From the NCBI GenBank assembly GCA_036172245.1, contig JAYWIR010000006.1:248001-312000 (forward strand): a stretch of DNA of 64,000 bases, given 5' to 3'. This stretch comes from Raillietiella orientalis. Lineage: Eukaryota. Within the stretch, counting starts at the first letter, position 1. Each line of letters begins with the position of its first letter. The position numbers were made by a program, and so were the translations under genes. Under the pieces are notes generated by a model. It did not search any database. It saw only the letters and a program-made list of their open reading frames with translations, and had not been told where the DNA came from. Positions 40,575 through 54,050 of this stretch are shown piece after piece.

Positions 40575-42069
40575 TCAAAGTGAAGTTTCAAGCTTGCCTC
40601 TGCAAAGTGCAATCTGGAGACAAAGAATGCACCTCTCCGACTGAGGTCTGGAGCCGCCTCCGCTTCCCATGCTGCAGACTGACACGATGCCTTGGAGCAG
40701 ATGGCTGCTCGCGGCCTTCCGGTGGAAGCGAAGAAGAAAAAAAAACAGAAATGTGATTCGCAAAGGAACCCTCTTCCGGAAACTCCTCTAGGGCGATCCG
40801 TACTAAATAGAGGATTCATTCATATGAATGGAGGTTAAATTCATCAGTAGGTGAAGTACAGTTGAAGATGGAGTTCACACCGGTAGCTCCTGAAGAAAGT
40901 CTGTGGTGGTAGAGAGAAGCAGAAAACAATGGTAGCTCGCGTTTCGAACTCCAAAGCGGTTAAAGGAAGCAACCGTTATTCCCACCAGTAGTTCTCTAGA
41001 GAAATGAGTGGAATGGCACGAACGCAGATGAAGCAGGAAGAGCGAGCTGCAGTCGCCAGCTGGGTATATCCGTTTCTATGTTTCGATGTTGTTATTTAGC
41101 CTCCCTGGGAGAGTTCATTTCTTGTCTCACTCGACGCCTCATTGGAAAAGGTTTGTCTTTTTACCCAGATCGTAGCTTGCGCCGACAGCATCAGGAGATT
41201 CTTCACTTCCTCGATCCTCAACAGAAAGCTCATCCAATCTGCGAAAGCTTCTGAATTCTTCCTTCGCATTCTTTGTTTGTTCGTTTGTTCTTTGGACCTT
41301 TACAGTGTCCCAAGGCTTGGTTTCTAGACAAAACACCACGTGTATCCCGTTGATTTGCTTGAGACCCCGAAAGCACCGAACTTTCATTGTCTCACGGTAC
41401 GAATCTGCAGCATCTTTCCCTTGTTCCCTTCCCCTGATTTATTTCCCTCATACACTTATCTTCCGTCTTCCCTCTTGTGCTGTCTGCGTCTCGTTAGTCT
41501 CAGACAAGACTGGAGGTTTCTCCTGTACATCTGAGTGTACGGACCCAATGGCCGCGCATACCCGGACGAACAAACTCTTTCACTCGTTGGGCGTTCGAAC
41601 GATCCGAGCCCACATCGCCAGCTTGATGGATTGAATCCTCCCGGAAGGAACCAGCTGTGCGTATTCCCACGTGCTTCCCGTGTTCGACTCTTGGTGGCTC
41701 TAGGTCGGAGCGCACGCCGGCAAGATGATACGTCCACCCGCTTCATGTTGCTCGCGTGCCCTACTTGATTCCACCGAGGCGCTTAGCAACGCCCTCTCGG
41801 TCCCTTGGTCTCTCAGTGGCGCTGCGGGAGCGATTTGCATGTCCTCAGCCGTTTGCGAATCGAGGGGAATCCAGACCGAAGCCATCGGCACTGCCTGGCT
41901 GATGACTTGCCGACCTTCCGGTCCATTAGGGGCATCCAGTGTTCCGTAAAGTCCATCGTTCGAGTCCTCGAAAGTCAGCGGCGATCGGTTCGATGGTTCG
42001 ATCCACAGTTCCGAGCCGTCGAAGGAATCGGACACTCATGGATCAGCGTGTGCCGCAACAAAGTGGTGT

Positions 42070-42101
42070 AACGTGAAGATGAGTTACCTCATCTTCACGT
42101 T
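42070..42101. repeat. Perfect 14-bp inverted repeat with 4-nt loop
   Basis: AACGTGAAGATGAG-TTAC-CTCATCTTCACGTT. Confidence 0.95.
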
Positions 42102-43899
42102 GGAATTCTTGTTGTCGCAGGATAGTCGACCTTCCCGTGGAAAAGCATTCGGAGGAAGAATCTGAATCTACCCCGGAGGGTTGACGGAAGTCATCCCCGT
42201 CCCTTCCCGTTCTAAAGCCTTATGGTCACTCCATTCCACTGACTTTCTGCCGTCGCGATCTTCGGGTCTCCGTTCCTCCGGGATTGCTTGGAGGCTGGAA
42301 AAGGAGAAAGCGTTGTGGAAGAAAAAAGGGAAGGGTGAAACGGAAGCACCCATGAGGATTCGCTCGTCCTCAGAAAACGCAGATTCAACCATCCCTGAAT
42401 CCGAGGTCACGAGGGGCAAAGGAACGCTGAACGCCAGTCCATTCCTTTCCTCCAGGGTCCTTTCCCCCAGGGTTTTTTACCTGGAACCACGGGTGCGCGG
42501 TCCACAAATTTTCCACCAGCTGCTGCGAAAAATTCCCGAAGACGTCGAAGCTCGGGACGAGAAGGTCCGTATCCTTCAGCTGGGACAAGAGCGAAAACCC
42601 GCGAGTGCAGGAGGGGGCAGGGGCTCCTCGCGGCGGAAAGCATCAGCTCTGTAATCCACGAGTGAAAGACGGAACGCGACGCTCTCAGATGCGAGGCGAA
42701 AAAAAGACGCTTCGCATCGAATCTGGGATCCAGAAGAGCACTCGAAGAAACGATTCGAGAGCACTCGGAGAGGTGGAAATTTCTTTCCGTGGGGAAGCCC
42801 CGAGGCGGTAGTTTGAAACCGAATTTTAGAAAAAGAAGAAGAAGCAAAAAAAACTCCTCACTAAATACGTTCGAGGCTGAGGAGAATCCAGCAGCCATTT
42901 CACGCACCTGGCAGGTTCGATCGATTCTCCGCGTGCCTGGCAGGAGAACTTTCGTTTTGTGACCATCCTGGGAGCGCGGGTCGCTACTCGGAAAGGAAAA
43001 GTTCTTCGGGTAGGGGGAGTCACCGGCGCCTTAAGGAAGCGGAATAAAGGTTGGAGACTGGAGCGAAGGAAGTGCCAGCTGAAAGGTCAGGGAATTGGTG
43101 GTGTTCGCTAAGCCCTTCCACTTCTCACTTGCAGAAGGAAAGGCGAGATTGGAAGGAGGGGGGAGGGGCAGAGGATGGCAATTTCGATTCTCGGAAACGC
43201 AAGAAGAAAGTTGGTGGCAGCACCAACAGTTGGCACGTGACCAATACGGAGATCCACCGGAGCTTTCAGAGCAGTCTGCTCTCTGGCGGCAAAGAGACTG
43301 AGTCGAGGGATTCCGAGGGAAATCGGAAGCCACAATTCCGGAAGCCACCCGAAAGCGAGTGCCTCTTCGAGTTGGGTTCTCCAAGATGCCTGCTGCTGCT
43401 CTGTCCTCGAGCAAGACAAAGAAGCAACAGGGAAGCGAATCTGTCCGAAGCTTCGCTCTCCAAAGTGTCTCATCTCGTTCGTGTTTGCCAGGGCGGGAAA
43501 GCAAACACGCAGGAGAGAGATCGCTGCCATTCTTTCCAATGAGAAGCAACCAATATTCCTCCTTCCGAAAGTGGTGCCGTAAAGTTCTTCGGCTGACCAC
43601 TCCATGGTGGGTGCTTTTGGCCTGTTTAAAAATAATATTAGCTAATAAACAAGCACCGTCAAATCAGAGACGTTTGGAAAGTAATGGGAGGTGAACTTTC
43701 ACTGCGCGCTCGATGACGTGTGAGCTGTCCCTCTGTGAGAACCAATGCATGAACTTCAGGCGGAAGGGTTGCGCAAAAACGCGTTCGCGCATGTTGTTTA
43801 CCCAGAGTGGCAATGCTTCAGCAATGCGATTTCAATAAGCCACGGAGCTATGGAGACCCCCCAGCCGAAGATGCTCCACTTTCTACTGGTTTTCTATCG

Positions 43900-44560
43900 A
43901 GGCTGCACAAAACCTGTGACCCCATGAATTCTCGGTGAAGCATCGACCCCGTAGCCACCGAAGCGATTCGTTGCGCCACCCCGAAACCTCCCATTGGGTT
44001 GCAGTTGTGCTGCCGCCTGAGTTTGCCTAGTTTTTGCCGGCAATCCAGACCTGGCGTACGGTCGTGCAGAGCGGATCCCGCGAATGCCTCAACGAGAAAC
44101 GGAACACCTGGGACGGACACGGGGACGATTGCTTTGGTTGCATCGCTCCCCTCATCAGTACACTCAGTCAGCTCCTTTGAGACTGTTCTGTGAAAACCAA
44201 CGCTTCTGTTGGTTTGCATGCGGGGCACTCTCCATGGAGCTTTCTGGTTCGTGGCAGCGGATGTGGATTTGGGGTGAATTTTTCACGAAGTGTCCCAACC
44301 ATGCGTGGACGAAGAAACCAAGGTGACACAGGTTCTTCGGAGTAAGGGGGAACTTCCAACGCTATGAGGCGTCGTCGCCATCCTTGGATAATTACCTCCA
44401 GGCATGCGCGAGAATCTTCTTCACCACTGTCTCTTTCCATGTCTCCTGTTTTCTCTTTCATAAGAGCACAAGGATGACCTCTCGTGGCGTGCTCATGCAG
44501 AGTTCCATTGCCCTCTGGTTTGTGAGCCTCCGTTGGTCTGCTGTAAGCCACTACATGTCG
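43900..44560 (-). mobile_element. L1-like 3' (zf-RVT/CCHC) fragment
   Basis: GECPACKPTE remnant; homologous in inverted orientation to 44741-44884. Confidence 0.6.
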
Positions 44561-44619
44561 GGTTATTCGTCACTGGGGTATCCAGTCCAGAGCTAGATAT
44601 TCCACCTATCTTTTACGTT

Positions 44620-45250
44620 AGATGGGCATCAAATCGAGCAAGAATTGTTCCTTCGTACTCAATCTGCTGAGTCTCCCCGGTGGCACGGTTTCGTCCCCCA
44701 TCACACATCAGAGTTCGTGACTACCTCCTCCTCCTCCTTCATGAAAATACAGACATGAGAAGAGATAGAAGCAAAGAAGATTCTTGCGCGCGTCTGGAGG
44801 CAGTTATCTGAGGATGATAAAGACGCCGCATCACGTTGGAAGTCCTCCCTTACTACGAAGAACCTGTGCCTCCTTGGTTTCTTCATTCATCACCGACTTG
44901 TAACTGCACCCTCTGATGGCAGGTGACCCGCCTCCGGCGATCTGCAGCGGGACGTGTATCGGAGAGTGGCGTTTCGGACCACCTGCGTGTGATGGGCATC
45001 AGAGTCCACCTGCAGGAAGAGAAGTCCACTCTTCGAGTAGAACTCTTTTTCCTTTTCGGTGGAGACAACACGCGCGGATGCAGGATGAGGCTGAAACTAG
45101 CCTCCCGGTCCGCAGTTTATCCGTCTGCACCCTCAGCTTCCAGGTCCCTTATTTCCGCAAGTGAAGTTTCCGACTGCAATGGGCGAACAGAGGGAGACCA
45201 GAACAGTGTTCCTCTAGAGAGAGCACCGCGTCCGGTTGCGTGGCGCCATC
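44620..45250 (+). mobile_element. L1-like 3' (zf-RVT/CCHC) fragment
   Basis: ARVWRQL...WKSSLTTKNLCLLGFFIHHHRLVT then SDHL remnant. Confidence 0.55.
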
Positions 45251-46164
45251 TACGGACGGCAATGCGAGCTTCTCAGTGCTTACTTTCGTGGAGCGTCTGT
45301 GCTCTGCTGCGCTCCCGTTTCCTTACCTTCCTCTCGTCGGGAACGCGCACGTCTCCTTCGTCCTTTGATCCCAATGACCAGCATCTTCCTCCGTTCCCCG
45401 TTAAGGCTGTCCGTGGGCCACGAAGAAAGGGAGGAACGCTTCGCGAAGTCCTTCCTGCATGGTTCTCTTCCAGCCGGCCGCTGTCCACGGGACGGGTGAA
45501 GGTTGACCTTCCCCTCTCCAGCAGGGCATAGAATGAGCAGCGCGTAAGGAATGGATCGCGCGTGGGAAAGTGCCCCCCTATACGGGGCATTGTTCGGGTC
45601 GGTCGGCTTCAGGAGGCGGAAGATACAAAGGCCATCCAAAGAGGGCATTCGAAGCGCCAGCCTCCCTGAAGGCTCACCAACACACTGAGGTCTGTCGGCC
45701 GACTTCCGAGCGCCTGAGGTCTGCAAAAGGGGTGAATAGGTCTGAAACCGACCCAGTGAGGAGAGCCTGTGCGCTACTGCACTCCGATCTCCTCAGCAGC
45801 GGCTCAGACGGCAACTGCTTCTGTCCCATGAGTCTTGCTTCCTCCGGGTCAAGAAACCTCCGAGACAGCCGCCTCCTAGGCTTCGGGTGAGCCGGAAGGA
45901 ACGTGTGGGATTTTTTCGCGTCAGCGAAGAGTGCTGCACAAGTCTAGATGGCAGCTCGTAAGGAAGCCAGCCTCGCCTGTAGGACAGCTGGACCCTTTGT
46001 TCACGTCCGCACTGCCGCGAGTGGGGGAAGAGCGACAGTCCTCCTGTGGAGCCCAGCGAGTCGACTGTCACCTGACGGAGGAGCAGTAGCTCTTGAATCC
46101 AGGTTTCTCTCTTCCATTTCTTGCTCCGACTGGTTTGGAACTACTCTCAAAACTCGGGTCACCG

Positions 46165-46900
46165 CAGGATTGAACACGCCGGGTCATTTGAATACATAAA
46201 TGAACATGCAGCCATCAGGGATTACGCGAACACCCTGATCGGCCTCACGCAAGAGAAAAACGTACCTGAACGGGGGCGAAAAGCAGTAGTAAGAGAAGAA
46301 AGAGTAGCAACAACATAATCAAGAAGCAAGCAAACGAAAGGAAAATCTGGGATCAGGACCACCAGACGAAAATGTCCTTATCGGAAACGAGAAGCAGCGA
46401 TTCAACGTCTCTTACAGCACGCCCGCCGTTCAGTTTCCGGTCGGAGGTAGAGCCATCCTGCTACCTTCCTCTCCGTGGAGCTGATGGGTCGAACGAGCCG
46501 TCCTCCGGTGCTGGCGCTGCTGCTCGGCTAGCAACGCACCCGATCGCCGGAGTGACGAGCCGCGGCCGAAGCTGTCGAAGGACCCCTGCTCTGGATGCAG
46601 GAGGGCCACGGCCGCTCGTTGCCATCCGCTGCGCGGGAACTCGCAGTCCAACAGCAGGACGCGCGCCAGCGATTCGATCGCCCCGCCCCTGGCAGGTAGC
46701 GTTTCCTCTCGTCCAGCATTGCCTTGCGCAGGTCGTCACGTGTGGCCACCGGAGAGGAAGAGCCGCGCCGTCCTGGAAAACGGTGGGGGCCACTCGCTGG
46801 CTCGTCCAGGTGGAGGGCAAGAGACGGATGTGCGCCGGCTCAGTCCTTTCAGGTGCGAACTCCAGGTGTCGCAGCGTCAGTCACTTCTAGCGCCGACCGC
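46165..46900 (-). mobile_element. LINE 3'-end family, copy E (most diverged)
   Basis: TCQGRG...LLLDCEF finger remnant, GGATGGCTCTACCT matching copy A, hairpin 46211-46243, then CTGCATGTTCATT...ACCCGGCGT. Confidence 0.6.
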
Positions 46901-47699
46901 CTTCATTCTTGACGCCGGCCGATAAGCTGCTGCTTATCGACCCGCCGTCGACCCCCTCTACGCTGCAAGAGACCTCCCAGTTGGCCTACCGGCCACCGTT
47001 GTCGCACTCCCACAGGCAGAGGAGTGCCGCGTCAAGGAGGAAAGTGGTGGCGCGCACCCGCTACTCGCGGTCTGGTCGTACTTCCTGCAGGGGCACTAGT
47101 CTCCCGAGATATTAGTCAGGACGCGGCAGTTGAGGGCTCGTCGGAGGGATCCGTGCCCAGATATCCACGGTCCCCAGTTATCCCGCGTAGTTGGCTGTCC
47201 TGATAGAAGACCCATACTGATTTCTAAATGTTTGTAAGGACAAAGGATTAGATCAGGGCGTTTCCATGGAGGCTGGAGTCCCTGTGATCCTACTCTGAGC
47301 GCCCAACGCACGTCACTGACGCTGACGTTCGGAAGAATTAGTTTGTTGAGAGCACCAAGACGGATTCTTAATTGGATTGATCTCTCAGTTCAATTTGGCT
47401 CAAAATAAAGAGTGAGCACTCAAAAGCGGCCCACTTCAAACCCAGCACCATCACGCCAAATCCTCCGGAGATGAGCCGGCAGCTAAGCACTGCTCTCGTT
47501 GCTGCCGAGCACCCGGTACAGATCGCGGGGATTTGGCTTCCATCTCTCTAGTGGAGGCCCAACCGTGGATCTCCTGCCACCTAATGAGCTTTTGTGCCTG
47601 GAGGCAGAAAGCTGTCGAGTCCTGGACTGCATTCTAGAAAATGCGCCCGGATGAACTTTGCTCCCTGCACCACTTTCGACCCCAACCATTAGAAGTAGT

Positions 47700-48746
47700 G
47701 ATGCAGGACACGGAAAAGTGGTCGACCCTGGTCGCTACACCCCTCGCTGCAGGCGCTGTCTGCTCTAAGTGCAAGTGACGACAGCTGCCAACCGGCAGTT
47801 TTCCTGCACCGTCACAGGAAAGGCAATGCTCCTTGACTGCAGGAAGACGCGCGAATTGGCTGATGCTGCCACTCCGTGTACCCTACGTGACTCCGTGACT
47901 CCTGTAGAACCAAATTCTGAGTTGCTCCCGAGAGGCTTGTGGTTCCTCTCCGATGCCCGGACACTTTTGTGTTCCCACTCCCCTGGAAACAGGCTGTGCT
48001 GCTCTTTCTGCACTGGGGATTCCAGTGCAATAAGAACCTGAGCCCTGTTTCTGGAGGGGTTGCATCCCAGGAAGGTCGAGTCGACGGATCCGACCCTGTC
48101 GCACCTGGTTTTGGACTGTGGCGTCCTCCAGGAACTGTAGCGGAGGCTGATCTCGGCGCGCACCTACAACAGGAGGACAGCGGCCGCGACCTGCTGCTGC
48201 GGTTCTTCGTGCCCGACAGACTTTCGACGGACTTCGACGGGCGGTGATTGCAACGTCCGCGCCATCGTCACGGCCTGCCATGTGCTCGAGACAACGACGC
48301 AGCAAAGGGAGGTTGCCGTGATGGCGGCCGCTCCACCTGGGGATGGCCGCAAGGTGATCTCGCCTGCAAGAGGAAATCGCCAGCATCCAGCAACGGTTCC
48401 GAAAAGAAGGAACGACTAACACTAATGATCCCTGTCCTCACCCTCCCTTTATCTATTTTGTTTTCTTTTTTATTGCCCACTTCCTTCCACTCCTGAGTTT
48501 TGCCGATTTTTTCATTCATCTGTCCTGGTTCCGATGGAGCGATGCCAAAGATCCTTGCCCCACTCTTCCCGTACTTCCAAATATATATATTTTCTGTTGT
48601 CCCTTCGCTCCTGTTCCAGATTTTCGGATATCCCAACACGCATGTCAGTGGATCCTCCCCCTAGACTTCTCTTGTTTTCGGCTGGGAACCAGCGTGTTTC
48701 CAGCTGGTTCTGTTAAATAAACTCTCCGACGGGACCGGGTAAAAAA
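47700..48746 (+). mobile_element. LINE 3'-end family, copy C
   Basis: TLSHLVLDC, TGATCCCT UTR start, hairpin 48685-48711, AATAAA 48716-48721, then CTCTCCGACGGGACCGGGT and A6. Confidence 0.7.
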
Positions 48747-49049
48747 CCTCAAGCCTGGCTCTGCGACAAAGCACAGCGTGGCTTGAGGCGGTCCGGCTTT
48801 GAACAGCTCCCTCTATAGTTCTCAGCATACACGATCTTTTCATTTATTTTACAAAGTGTACATTTAAGTGATACATGACATTTCATACGACATTTAGAAG
48901 CACATCTTTGGGCACGAACTCAGGATGTGCTCCGAGCAAAGAATACAATAAAATGCAAAACATTAATAAAGATACGATATTCCATAATAAAGTGATGGAA
49001 GGTTCAATGGAAATATGACGTATAAGAATCATTGCGAATGGAGTGCTCC

Positions 49050-50650
49050 TCATCGTGACTCGACATTCCACCCGCTGTGCTCCTGATTGCCTTCAGGACT
49101 CGCAACTTCCAAGGCACCTTCTCATTGGCAGCTGCTCAGATTTCTGAGGATCTGCCCGTGGTTTCGCTCTGGAGTGGTGCTCACGGACGAGTAGGGAGCA
49201 AGTCAGGAACTCAACTTCCGCAACGCTGTGGAAGCACCGTTGCTCTGATTCTGCACGGGAGGGGATCATTCTGTCGCGCTGAGCTGCCAACTCCACGCCG
49301 TGGGTTCCAGGTGGCTCATCTGGAAGGCCGACTTTATGTGTTCATGGATCTCATGTGTTAGAGGATGCAAGAGGAGCACATAGAGGATCGTCCATGTGGA
49401 AAACGGTGGAGTTCAGACAGGTGCAGCGTCACTTGGGGACGAAGTATGGGGACCGATATACTCACCCGCCGTCCTCACCCCACTACCGTCTCACCCCATC
49501 CCGACTTGCATCTCCCCTCTTTCCAGCGGTGCAGAGACCTGTGGTGCAATGCATTGTCGTTAGATCCTTCATGGGCGTCGCAGATCAACTTTGCCAATGG
49601 AGTGGGAAGCTGGATCCCGTTGGCGTTCCCTGCAGCAAAGGACTCTGTCCTCCCAGTTCGTGCTCGTGGGCGCATCCGAAAGGGGGAAAAAGGGATGAAG
49701 GAGCTGGAACAAGAGCGAGCCTCGCTCAGCTGGTTTCCGGTAGGATGGAGCAGTTGCAAGCTCCCCCCCCCCTCCGCTTCGAAGAAGAGGGGAGCAGCGC
49801 CCCTCTTCAAGACCCGGATGCAATCCCGAATAGTGAGACCGATTCTGAAGCAGCAGGATCTCATCGCAAAGGACCTTCTTGATTCTTCAAATGAGAGAGG
49901 GCTCCCTCATTCGTACGGAGGAAAACCCGACAGAAGAACCACGATATGTAGATCTTCCTGTCTTTTGGTGAGACACCCAGTTACTCTGGGGCTCTCCACT
50001 GCCTAGCAGCAACAAAAAACAGAAAACGTGAGGGAAGCACCGGGATGGTTCAAGTTCTGCCGAACGCAGGAGGGTCATTGGGAGACTCTCTTCCGAGGGG
50101 CAGAGCACGTGCGGGGAGTCCCTTGTTCCAGTCCCTTGTTCGAAACCCAGGCTCCTGGCAACACATCCCGAGGCTCCGAAATGAATTTTCCGATGCAAGC
50201 AGAATGCAAGTTCACCGGGGTTTCCAAGGAAGCGTATAGCGCGCTCCATGAGTCCGGCTTTCTCAACTTGCGGCTCTTCTGAGGATGCAGTTATGCAGCG
50301 GGATGGTGCCCAAAGCTGATAGTAGACACCCGCTGTCGAGCCCTACTCCGAAATAGGCCTGATGGGCATGGTAACGATGGACGCATAATTGCTTCTTTGA
50401 AAAAAACACATACACGCAAACGCATCTCAATCAATCACTTGTCCTTGCGAACGAGGTTGTTCCCTCACGGGAAGATGCTTTCCTCCTCGTGGTTTCGAAT
50501 CTCACCTCGTGGTGGGGACGAAATGGTCGGAGCTGCAGTGGAATGCTGTTGGACGATTCTGAGGTGTCAGTTCTTGCAGTGCTCAAGGGGTGCTCTTTGC
50601 ACACTCATGGATTTGCTCCTTGAGCTCTTTGCATTCCCACCATCCCTAAA
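49050..50650 (+). mobile_element. L1-like RT-to-3' relic
   Basis: INFANG...SVLPVRARG...LEQERASLSW resembles the post-RT block (FLW.G...W...PK..GGLG...N.ALL.KW). Confidence 0.45.
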
Positions 50651-50699
50651 GGAAGCTTGAAATTCGCTCCAGGCGCCGTCCGTAATACTCACACCTGAT

Positions 50700-53600
50700 T
50701 CCTATTAATTACTACACTTGTAGTAGAAATTCCTACTTCAGATGGAGAGTGATTGATGCTGTATTTGTAGCAGGTGTTCCCACGCCTTGTGTCCTGCAGC
50801 CGAGCTGAGCGTGCAGTGCCTGGGCAGGGGATGAGAAAAGTTCCAAGACTTTCACGAATCCCCGTTAGTAGTCTTCAGCTATCAGACAACAAAGCAGGAA
50901 AGCCACTCCTAAAATGATATTGGACTAGAGCTCTACTAGCGTAGGGCTAGCTGGCTAGCATATCTAAGCGAAATGCAATTATTCAAAATAATGTGAATCA
51001 ACCAATGCCCTGCAAACAATCACAAACTTAGCATTCATAAACCCATCCTTCGCTCATTATTCTCCCTGATCAAAAAGCATTGGTCTCTTTGAGCTTCCAG
51101 GCGCTGGACCAGTGCACCGATGCCTTGGGCTAACCGGAGACTGCCGTGCAAAGTATGGCAGGACCCCGTAGAACGCGGAGATACGTCCTGCGTGGTGCGA
51201 ATCGGCGTCATACGAGCCCTAGGGGTGGACAACACGATAGCATTCATAAGAGATGTAAAACGGCTTGATCAAAAAGGCTACAGGCGCAGAACATTTATTT
51301 CGCTATAAAAAACAAAAACCAAAAGTGTTCATTTGCATGCAACTCCAAGTAATAAATAGGAAAAAAAGCTTTTAGAATTGTCTTTACGTTTCGTGAATTG
51401 AAACAGTTCTGTAGGTCGGAGCATCCATCATTGCCGTCGTTGCAAAAGGCATCGTCTTTTGCTATTTGGTTCACGAAAATCCGATTGGAATGGAATTCCA
51501 ACTGCTTGAATCCGTGTTCGCGATCTTTTCCGAAACAGCTGAACTGACACTGTACTGCGAAATCGAAATTTGTCCACAGCGTCGTGAGGAGCTGCTTTCC
51601 CGTCGCGTTGTTCGTATCCCGGTTATGCTGAGGGTACAAAATACCGTGTCGACATGGAAACCACCTTTCATGCGAAATCGCGATGCACGAAAAGGATGCT
51701 GCGCAAACCCATCATGGGCTCGCGAACTGCGGAATTAAGAAGGAGCCATTTTGACGGTTTTGAGCTCAAGATGGACTTATTTTGAGACATATCGAGCGGT
51801 GCGAAGAATGCAGCAGCATTCCGAATTATGACCCTAAGCTCTGATTACTAGAAGAGTCTGATAAGCGATTCCAATCGTCGCACTCCCTGAAGAGTGCAAG
51901 ATCACCCATGTAAGAGGAGAAGAATCACTGTGGAAAGACGTACATTACTGTGGTCTTCGTATAGCATCGGGGGTCAGTGAACTCTGACTTCATATCGGGC
52001 TACTCAGCTTCATGGTTGCAAAGGTTTCCACATCCGTCCATCTGCAAGAGTAACTATTTATTCAGCTACTTGAATAGGCAGCACTTTAGACGCAAAAAGA
52101 ACGATGATGATAACTTTTGTGTGCACGGACGCATCTCGCAATCCCCACTTGTGTTGCTCATCGAAATTGGTGGATGGTCAGTCGAGTGGCACCTGTCTTT
52201 TTTTTTTTTTGGCGCGCTTGATCACTAATTTGATCGTGATGCGGGATTTGAAAAAACTCGAAGAACAGAAACGAACTCTATTGATTCGTACATTTCACTA
52301 CCCACGTGCGCAATTGTGTAAAGAGCTCCAGAGAATAACACTTCAACGAATGTGTGTGTTCTTTGTCCAATAGTTTGCTTTTCCCGCTTGGCTTAAACAA
52401 ATAAAGGACGACCTTTTTTTTTTTTTAAAAAAAAAAAAAGGATATATATATATATATATACATACATACATTTTATTGGTTGCAAATAGCGCGGTGTTTC
52501 GACCCGAGCAAATGGCATCTTCCCTAATTTTCCATAGGCAAAAAGAGTCAGCGATTTCGAGAAGATGAAAAGCAAACGTGTCGCTCGGTGTCAGCATACA
52601 GCCCGACTGTTCGCCTTGAAGTCGACGCCAATTTCAAAAGTACTCCCTGGATGTATGTCGAAAACTAGATAATCAATCAATCAAAGTGAACCAAGGCCTA
52701 CAGTTCTGCCTATTCTTCTGGCCCCAAAGCATCGGGCCACTTGACCCAATCCACAGCGTTCTTAAATCCGATGAATCCATGATTTGGGAGTCACTGGCTT
52801 TACTCTTTGATTGGTTACGAATGCGGAGTCGCCTGATTTGGTTAGCAACGTAAGATGCTGACGCGCACACGAAGGACAAGTGATCTCCGATTGCATACAC
52901 ACATGTGCACATGACGCACTGAGGGAAAAAAGAAATAAAAACCCATGCTTTCCGCTCTTGGCATGCGGAATAATGAATGAGGAAAGTATCTGTTGAGGCT
53001 TGGTTCCTCATCTCCGAAAAGAGATGGGATACCTCCTTCAGTCCATGTGGTCATTCTTCGTTCTCGATGAATTGGAACGGAGATTTTCAGATTTGCTTTT
53101 TGCATAGCATGAAGATTGCATAACTTTGGGCATCCATCGTACTGCCTCCTATCTGATCTTGCTATCGCACAGATTCACGAGTCGGAATAGAGATGAGGGA
53201 ACTGGTTATCCAAAATATGCAGAGGTCAGCGAGGATTCCATACATGCAAATGGCAATTACGGATGCAATCTTGGAGCTCCTCAAACGGGGATACTTCAAT
53301 GAATGCAAAAAAGGAAACATTGGAAGAAAAATGATCGAAATGAAAATGTCGACAACCAGAAGAAGAAGGGGGGGGGGAGGAGAGAGAGTTAACTCCAACC
53401 TGAGATTTCCGGTGAGTGCACGAGGCACTCGCGACGTCTTCAAAAGAAACACGGTTTCTAAATCGGGGGAAAGTCCTCAGGGCGGATGCGCGCAAAAACC
53501 ATCGGTCACTCAAAACATACAGGCGGTAACCTGGTTAGAGGAACCTGTCATCCCCATTCAACACTCGTGTGAGGTCCAGCAAGTGTTTGTTTCCGTTTTG

Positions 53601-54050
53601 AGTTACCTTCCTGTACACGCGACGGATGGAATATGGTAGCTGAATAGAGGCCATTTGCATTGGTCGTGCGTCACTTGAGAGGAAAGCAAATCGCAATTTA
53701 CTAGCTGTTGACTTGTCCCATTCACCCTCTGAAGTTCCAGGACTCCTACTTGATGGGATGTTTCGGAAAAAAAAAAAAAAAACTGCCTTTGCATTCTTAT
53801 GGTACGCGACAGCGAGGCAGGGATGAAAAGGTTGTTTTACCGGAGGCGCGCCTCATACCGGGTCACAGGCAACTCCTCCCCATCTGAGCACGCATGATGC
53901 GGTTGTATGGATCTCAACTCTCAGAAGATGATGGAGGATGTCCCATTCTTCTCAATCAACCTACTTATTCTGTACGGGGATGTTGTCTCGAGAATCGCGT
54001 GGTACTTGAATGGGGATAAAAGCGAAGTTAAAATATTTAATGATTTCCAT
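50700..54050 (-). mobile_element. Probable RTE-X-like LINE relic (APE ~53400-54000, RT ~51700-52850, tail)
   Basis: VTQNGNKHLLDLTRVLNG (N.NG..LL.LC...ILNG-type APE), SKASDSQIMDSSDLRTLWIG (GKA.D.DG...E.LKW-like), TLHGSLRLAQG..RLEAQR tail. Confidence 0.45.
52412..52470. repeat. CC-T13-A13-GG palindrome followed by (AT)n/(ACAT)n
   Basis: Read directly; the palindrome spans 52412-52441. Confidence 0.9.

Larger units (their letters stand above)
37750..43620 (-). mobile_element. Degenerate long L1-like LINE (ORF1 ~43000-43600, APE ~40150-40500, RT ~37800-39100), interrupted by copy B
   Basis: ORF1-like CFFVLLEDRAAAGILENP and LWLPISLGIP; RCIHLFHVP (SRIDRF-like); CFDHVAASW..IFG (KAFDRV.W-like); RT-like sequence resumes below 38130. 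Confidence 0.6.
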
